Assembly (NCBI GenBank): GCA_051294375.1
Contig: CM119264.1
Coordinates: forward strand, 25,112,051 to 25,176,050
Origin: Paraspadella gotoi
Taxonomy: Eukaryota > Animalia > Chaetognatha
Direction: 5' to 3'
DNA: 64,000 nucleotides
Positions 55,983 through 64,000 of this stretch are shown one piece after another. The position numbers and the translations under genes are program-made. Each line of letters begins with the position of its first letter. The first letter of the stretch is position 1. Below the pieces are notes generated by a model. That model was not told the origin of the DNA. It searched no databases and was given only the letters and a program-made list of their open reading frames with translations.

Positions 55983-58900
55983 GATTGGATTTTATGAAGA
56001 GTGATCATGATTGGCTTCGTCATGATTGATATCTTTGATTGGTAATCATGATTGGTTTTTATGAAGAGAGTTTCGTTTGTTTTTTTTTTACAAACTATGT
56101 CATGATTTATTAGTGGTTTTTGGAAGAAAGTTTCAATGAAGTCCCGTGATCATCTGGGATATGAAAATAAGAAACGGAATTAGTGGACATGTTTTATTAG
56201 AAATTATTGAATGAGTTATAATTTCACTTTCATTTACTTCAATTTATCATTTTATTTCGTTATTAAAGATTTAATTATTTGTTGAGAGTTGAGAGAAATT
56301 AATGATATTTATGAAAAAAGATAAAGGAATTCTTGAATAAAACTTTTTTTTTTAAATGAACGTCAGGATTAAGTAATAAGCGAAACGGCGTTGACAATTG
56401 TTTTTATTAACTTTTCTCGTAAAATGTGTTAATTTTGCCTAATAAAAATCAATAGCCGGGTCAAGTAATTTAGGAAGAATATCATAAGGTGATGTTGACA
56501 GGATTGAAAAAAAAAACAACTGGGTCATCGTTGGATGTTGCGTTCATGTCGAAGGATCAGACGTTATAATCGATCTTTCCTCATATTTCACGATTCTTAA
56601 GATCTTAATGTTTCTTTCATTGACAATGAGGTCACGGAAGGCACAAAAAAATCATCCCTGATGATAACGACGGATGTTGGCTCAGTAATTATTAAACAGT
56701 AAAGCTCCAAACTTATAATGCCATGAAACCTCGTGCTTTTGACTATAAAACTGTTTAGTATATATTGTATAAACAAAGTAACAAAGCTTTTTTCCCCCCC
56801 GAGTCGCCATTTTAAAGCGGAGCAGCTGTGTCAAGTACTCGCCAGAGCGCGAAGAAAGGATGATTTATAAAAAAAACAAGGCTCCGACGTCTTTTGTTTC
56901 CTTCGAGACGCGCGCTCTCTTCCGTTTTTTTTTTTGACAACTTTTGTCGTTTTGTTCGTAGCTTTGACGGTCATACTTCATTTTAAAATTTAATTATTCT
57001 ACTTCCCCTGTCCTTACCTTGGACTGTCCTCACATCTGACCACTCTCTCACTCAATTCTTTTTTGGAATCTCCCTCTCCACATGGATCCAAATGGCCTTA
57101 ATTTCCGGATAAACCTCTCTTTTGGCAAAAACAACTTTTTTTCGTATGCTGATTATCATAGATGCCCTCTGAGTTTGTTAGAAACGTTTCAGATAATAAA
57201 AAGTGATTTGAAAAAATATGGAGAAAAAATTCATTTACCGCCAAATTTGGTTCTTAAAGAAATCATTTATGGTAGTTGAACAACTTTTGATTTATAATTT
57301 TGATATTAAAAAGAAATTGACCCAACTTAATATGTTTTTCTTATTATATATAAGTAATAGGTGTATATTTGCTAAATATAAAATCATTAATTTAATCTTT
57401 TTAAAAGTGTGTTAAGCTAATTAAGATCAGAAAATCGGTCAAAGAAAAGAATCATATAGTAATTTCTGAAGAATATCGAATTCTTTTTTATTATTTTTGG
57501 AAATGAAAAGCATTTTTTAATTTCTCAAAAGGGCGGACAAATGCGGATGAGATTTAATTAATAACTGATTAGTAATAAGATGTATCATTAGGAACTAAAT
57601 CTGGTTGATTGAAATCGGTTGAAATTCGATGAGTTTTTACTATGTTTTTCATATCATACATAGTGACATAATATAAAAATCTTTTTTTTATTTGTTAACA
57701 AACTAGACAAAGAGCTTTAATCATAACAAAGTCAAATAATTTTTCTCTCCACCCATCTGGGTGAAACAAACCTCTCAAAGACTCACCCGAAATAGAGATT
57801 TGCTTATAACTTGAGAAAGAATAATTTTTGGAAACTGTTATCTTACATAAGACTTTGTACCATTACTATGGAAAGACTGAATATGCTTTATGCCCGTATG
57901 TTCAGGTGGCTTTTATCCGGTTTTAATTTTTTTTGGATCACTGTGCTCTCTCTCTGTCTCTCTCTCTCTCACTAAACTCAACTTTCACAGAGATAATTGT
58001 TGTAAAAAATCACTTGCTGATGAAGACTCTAACTCTATAAGAGTCGAAACATGTCCGACTTACTTGTCAATAAAATTCGTTGCCACATTAAAACTGTTTT
58101 TTCCTAAATGCTAAAAAACAACGAAATCGAAAGTCTATACATAATGTCTACAAAATTTAATTAAAATGACAATTGGAAGCAAAGTTTTAAAGCGTTTTAG
58201 AAAACTTATGAGTATTTCTTAAATATCTTGTCAAATGCAGTTTTTAAATGTGGCCTTTCCTTTTGTTAATAAACTCCAATAGAATAAGAGAATCGTCCAG
58301 TCCGAGACGGAAGAACAACAAGACCAACTATATATTAAGTGATTGAATTTTTTATGTGGACAGGCGGAAAGACTGAGGTCGACCAACGAAAGGTTTAAAA
58401 ATAAAGAGCTGGTAATTATAAAAAAGAAATTAAATAAAAAGAAAAAGCTAAAGAATTAAACAAAATTGACTAACTTAGTTTCTAGAAAAATATATTTAAA
58501 AAATTTCAGCTAGTTTGAGAGAAAATAGTTATTTTGATGAAAGTTAAAATATTATTTATTGTAGGTTAATTTTTACTTTTTTTTCGGCGCCGCTTATCCA
58601 AGCTTAACTTCTCTCGCCTTGACAACCGTCTGCTCCTAAGAAACCCCTTCCAGACTTTCATTTCGTGGGTCACCGGCTCCGGCCTTTTTCTCTCGAGAAA
58701 AGAAAAAAGAAAAAGAAAGAAAAAAAAAAGTAGAAAAAATGGTCACATTTCGAAAAGCAGACTCCCTTTTTCAATAAACCCAAAGAAAGTGACGTCGTAA
58801 CTTTTCCGCTCCCAATAATTTTCTTTCTTCTCAGCGAAAGACGAAAAAAAGATTTTGGTTTTGAAAAAGAACCCCATCCGCCTTAAGACTCGGCCACTGT

Positions 58901-60004
58901 AGGAACTGGGCCAGTTACAGTGGAATCGAATAATTCTGAATCGCGTCACGTATCTCGTTTTCCAGCGATCTCTTACGATTTTTCTAATGGGTCTGACTTG
59001 ATTGAGTCGAGCGGTAGTCAGCCAATCACGGACGCCCTCTTTAATCATTGGGTAAACAAATCACCTTTTTTAGCCATCGACTAGATTGCGGCTGAGGAAT
59101 GTAACACGGGGGAAAAGGTGGTGATATCAAAGAAATCTATATTAATTGTACCAAGAAAAGTGGCAGAAAAAAGCGCACAAAGCGTGCCTAAAAAACGAGT
59201 TAGCTCGCGAATTATAATTTCTTTTCTTAAATACTATTTTGCGCGAGACATTCCAGATCCCACTTGCTACTAATTCACAGCTTCAGATTGATACGATTTT
59301 GTTGCACGAACGATTTTATCGTACGTCTATCGATTGATCTTGACGTTGAAGCGTCGCTCGTGTACTTCCGGATGACGTTATTGGCGATGCTTTCGTTCCG
59401 CGTGATCGATCTTTGGCTTAGAAATGTTCTCTCAAAAGTTGCGAAGACTGACGAGAGATGGCGAGACGAAAGCCAACGTGAATCGTCGCGCAAACAAAAG
59501 AAAAACGCGAGGAAAAAAAAATATAAAAGAAATGATTAGATTTTTTTGAATTTATGGAGAAAAAAAAATAATTAAATAGTTGCTTAGCTAACCACTGCAT
59601 TATATATAAAGTTAAATTCACAAAAATATCGTCAGCTTTTAGTTGCATTGATTTGAGGGCTTAACGAGTTAATTAGAGAGACATTTACGTTTTCAAAGAT
59701 CATACAATGACTTTACATATTATATATAAATTAATCAAATAATCAATTTTTTCCAATTAAAATAACCAAAAGAATCGCTCCCCAGAAGATTTTTTTCAGC
59801 CCAATACAAACGAGAAAAAAACTCCTCCCCAAATTTCGTTTCGCCTCCTAAACCCAAAACTATCGACTCTTTTTCGAGTCTTTTGTTTATATTTCTCCGA
59901 GAGGAAACTCATTAAAGGCCGCCTGGTGAGAATTTGCGTAAACAATAAACAGAGCGGGAAGAGGAGCAAGGTCTAGATCAATTTAGTCGTCGGCGGCGGC
60001 CGGA

Positions 60005-60240
60005 GAGAGCAGGGGCGGTGGCGGGGGCGGAGGCGTGGGGGGGGGGGCGGATAGGACGATTGTCTGGAGCAAAGTAGATTGACCGCTTCAACGTCAACGA
60101 CGAATTTTTGCCGCAAACAAAACGAAACTCACCTTTGAAGTTAAACAAATGCCGCCCACTAAAGCGATGGCCTCCTCCTATTGGCTGAAGTCGAGGGTCA
60201 GCAAACGAACGAAGAGAATCTCTGATTGGTAATTGGTCAG
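60005..60240 (-). promoter_or_regulatory. Candidate promoter / first non-coding exon of the BAZ2 gene
   Basis: Three minus-strand CCAAT boxes (60180, 60225, 60232), a consensus minus-strand donor AAG|GTGAGT at 60133, and GC boxes at ~60012-60035. A pyrimidine-rich acceptor (ttttcatatcccag) at ~56154 lies upstream of the BAZ2 ATG. The link between them is inferred. Confidence 0.35.
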
Positions 60241-61085
60241 TTGAGACGGGAAACGTTTTAAATTAGGGGAAATTTAATTTAAATTTAGAGGAAGAAGAAG
60301 AATAATAACGAATTTCGTACAATCACGTAAAATCACTGACCAGCACGTATAATATTGGAAGGAATCCTCTCTGGCCAATTCAAGCTAACGTGGTGCCATG
60401 ATAGGAAAAAGAGTGGCGCCTCAATCAAGATTTAAGACTGGCATCTAATTCGGGAGAAAAGCGACGAGATTCGCTGAATCGCGCCTCGTCTTTGACACCC
60501 GCGTTTGACGAGCGCGTGGGACGTGCGAGTCGTCGTTGTTGTCATCATTGTTATTGTTGTCATTGTTCGCATTTTTGTTGTTTGCATTGTGAGAGATTCG
60601 GGTTTTTTTTTGTCATTGTTCGGTTCTTTGTGGACAGCACGGGCCATTAATTCCTGCTAGATTTTCTCTTTACATCGTTGTCATCGAGTCAGTACCAATA
60701 GTTATTTTCAGTGTTCAGGTAGATTTTATGCTTGCTTTGTCATTGTTTGCATCGCTATTACTATCATTATCGCGCTTGTGGTCGTGATAGTAGTTCTTGT
60801 CCTCGCCGGATAATTCATCCAACATTTTTCTCGAATGATGATTGGTAGACGAAGCGAGAAATGTCATTTCTCAAGTTCTACTGGCGACGACGACGAAGAA
60901 TACTATAATGTTTGTTGATGATCATTAATGACGCTTTCGTGTCACTGTCACGTGCCAAGCTTTTCGTATTCTGTTCACGCAAGCACTTGTCGTGGAGATA
61001 GTGATCGCCTGATTGGCCGATTCATTCTTTGATGACCGACGGACGCAAAAGGGATCTCAATGTTGGAGATAACACAGATGAAGAA

Positions 61086-61121
<36 letters not shown>

Positions 61122-61338
61122 AAAGTAAATACAGGAAAACTAATTATCTTTAAAAAAATAATTAAAAAGATTGACTTTTCATTGTTTTCCTTGATTCTCT
61201 GTTATAAAGTAAACAGCCTCATGAATCCTCGACACAATAATTGTCTCCCCGCCATTATCTCCCTTCTCCATCATTCCCATCATCCTCCCTTTCTCCATCT
61301 TTCCCATCATCCTCCCTTTCTCCATCACACTTTCTCCA

Positions 61339-61980
61339 TCAGACTCTTGCGTTGGGTCCATCCTTCAACGTCCACGCCTCCACCTTCGAAATTTCCTTAG
61401 CGATTTCCACGAGAGGTTCCAGCGACACCCTACGGGGTGGAAAAACGTTTGAGCGCTCGAAGGAGGAAGTTTAAAGGTTAAAGTTAAAGTTAATTATATA
61501 TATAGTTATTGTTTAAAGTTTAAAGCCTAGTGAGAGAGGCATCGCTTTTACGGAATTCTCTCTTCAACTAAATTTGCTCGAGAAAATAAATCGAACTTGG
61601 TGAGTTCTTCTAATTAACCTAATGATGTTTTTAAAACAACATGATTAAACCCTATTGCATAGATTAGCAATGGTCTTGCTCAGAAATGTATTAATGCTCA
61701 ATTCAAACTCACTTTCGCGAAAACTTTATCTTGAAGTCGGAACTCTCGAACTTATCCAGACAGACTCGGACGCCGCAGCCTTCGTCCTCCGCCGTGCAGC
61801 AGCGGAAGATTATGATGGATCCGTCGTGGAGGAAAACCCTGAAGCAGCGCGTCGACGAGTTGAAGGTAAGTTCCACCGGGTCGGTGTATTGGAACTCTTC
61901 CGCCCCAACAACCTGCGATGAAAAAAAAGCAACTGGAAGTTTATAAATGTCCTAATAGAACTAAAAATAATTTATTTTTT

Positions 61981-62019
<39 letters not shown>

Positions 62020-63931
62020 CTCCTTGTGATTTTTTTTGAATGAGACAATTTGCAATTAAGTTTGTTTTGAATTTGTCAACAAAAAGATCAGCGACCCTCC
62101 TATTACAGCCCCGTTCGGCTCATGTCGGTACCTGATAAGAGTGCGGTCCGTAATGGTACCAAGCCGAGACAAAGAGTGGATTCCTCATGAAAATCTGCAA
62201 GTGTTCCATCATCTTTAAGACTCCGCCCGGCGGGCAACCCTGATAATCGAGCCGTACAGAGTAGTAGCGACCGAACTCGTCCCAGAGACGTTGCAGCATC
62301 GCCCTCAAAGGGTTGGGCAGCCGCTCGGGCACGGGCGGAGGTCCTGATTCTGAAGGAACTTCGGAGATCGGGATTGGCTAGAATGATTGGGAAAAATGGA
62401 AGGGAAATGGAATGGACTTATGAAAACGAAAAAAATAATATTATGAATATCATGAAAGTGATGAAACATCATGTTAACAACATGTTAATAAGGTATTGTG
62501 TCAAACATCAATTTCCTGGTCCGAAAAGACTCATCTTGTCTTCTAATATTTCCCTTTTATGACAACCACCTTTTTATGCGAATTCTCATAGGAAAAAGGC
62601 GAAAAAAAAGGGAAAAAGAAAAAAGGAAAAAGGAAAAAGAATATGAGAAAGATGAAGAAGACGAGAAAGTTATCGAAATTCCCCAGTTTCTCTTTCCCAA
62701 TTTCATTTCGCCAAAAATGGAATAAGATTTAGGGAAAAATTGGTTTTACAATCGGTTTCCTTCTGCGCTTCTCTCTTGTCTCAATCCAAGGCTCCTTTAT
62801 GTTTTATTCTTCTTTAACAGATACCAGGGATATTATTTTTTAAATTAAAAAAAGAAAAACGGGTCTGCGACTGTTTTACCTTAATGAAAAACTCAAAGAG
62901 ATGGCTCTCACAAGCTCAAAAAATTGTCTTTTTCGGTTCCCCTTAAAATCTTCTCAAAATTCTTCACACGGTAAACGTTAAACCGTTCACTACAGTAACT
63001 CTTTCAGTTTTCCCTCTTTCATCTCACTAAAAAATTCCCCTCACGCAAACTGGCGTACAAGCTCTGCCCGTGTTTCTTTCCCTTTGTTTTCGTTAAACGA
63101 TTTGTTTCTACCCTAACTCACTCCTTCAAAACTCACTCTAACCCCCCCCCTGTTCTTTTTACTAACTCCATCCCCCACCCCCTGAGTCGTTTCTTGCTCG
63201 TCTCCCTTCGCTACCTTCCCCTCAGCCTTCTCCTCGCCCGCCTCCTCTCCCTCTTTCTTCTTCTCTTCCTTCTCTTCTTCCTCCTGCTCTTCCTCCTCCT
63301 CGACCCAATCCGCTTCTCCGTTCTCCGCCTTCGCCACGGCCGTCATCGTCGCCAGCGCCGCCCAGATCCCGTCAGGCGTGCGGACGTGATTGCTTCCTGT
63401 CTCGAAGGCGATGTTGCCGAACAGGCAGGCCCGACCTGGGATCGATGAGTCATAATTTATTAAAATAATTTTTAAAAAATTTATTATTAGAATAATTAAT
63501 TGATTGGATGATAATCGATCGAACGATCAAGCCTTGAGTTAATTTGATTGATCGATTGAATGCTTTATTCGTTTAATTTCTTATTGATATGACAAAGTTT
63601 TAAGGATTAGTAAAATTATTGATTACATTTGATTTATCTTAACAAAAGAGTTTACCCCCGTCAAGCAGAGCGCCGACGTGGCGCCATCCCGGCGGCGTCA
63701 CGTGACACTCCACCCGGCGCTTTGCGGCGACGGCGTCGACGGCGCGCGACGTTGTCACGCTACGCGCGAACCCCACGCGACGCGGAAGACCGGGAACGAG
63801 ATGCGCGTGCGCGGCGACGAGCGCGAAGGCGTCGCTGGGATTAATCACGTGACCCTCGGAACAGATGAGGGCGTGTCGTCGTCCGTCGGGGGAAAGACTG
63901 ACGCCAAAGTCGGCGGGAAAACGCTTCATGG
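61339..63931 (-). CDS. Phosphoglucomutase (PGM1/PGM5 family)-like protein, last five exons, active-site loops degenerate
   Basis: Exons 63656-63931 (DFG...NPSD...GFARS.TTS.A.D.VA...TPPGW), ~63180-63435 (TGSNHVR.PDGIWA), 62132-~62349 (WDEFGRYYSVRLDY), 61713-61912 (FQYTDPV...DGSIIIFR), 61339-61429 (LEPLVEIA, TGA). Colinear with PGM1 domains 2-4; the 5' part lies beyond the window. Confidence 0.88.
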
Positions 63932-64000
63932 CTTCGAGAAAGAGAGGAGAGGGAGGGGGGGGAATAGAATAAAGAAATAAATAGAATAAATAAAGAAAGA

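Noticed and set aside
49724-55997. Short ORFs overlapping or antisense to BAZ2
   Set aside because: Shadow frames of the long coding sequence.

Overview
AT-rich animal (probably invertebrate) genomic DNA from an imperfectly polished long-read assembly, with four N-gaps and many (GA)n/(GAC)n microsatellites; most short ORFs in the track are microsatellite noise. Four host genes can be read by hand: an intron-rich chondroitin sulfate synthase (CHSY1-like, minus, 19.3-37.9 kb), a complete 11-exon nicotinic acetylcholine receptor alpha subunit (plus, 44561-48222), a BAZ2/toutatis chromatin reader with an uninterrupted 6.86-kb CDS (minus), and the 3' half of a phosphoglucomutase-family gene whose three visible active-site loops are all replaced (candidate pseudoenzyme, minus, running off the window). 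A frameshifted Maverick/Polinton (pPolB, ATPase, integrase, minor and major capsid, probable protease) starts with AGTAGT at 5325 and runs into the gap at 17205. A second copy of its left flank follows the gap without the element, which looks like the empty allele. CHSY introns also hold an orphan SMURF-type HECT exon inside a fold-back repeat, and an LTR-like insert ending in 41 nt of tRNA-Leu. All protein identifications come from motif recognition and manual translation; no database search was run.
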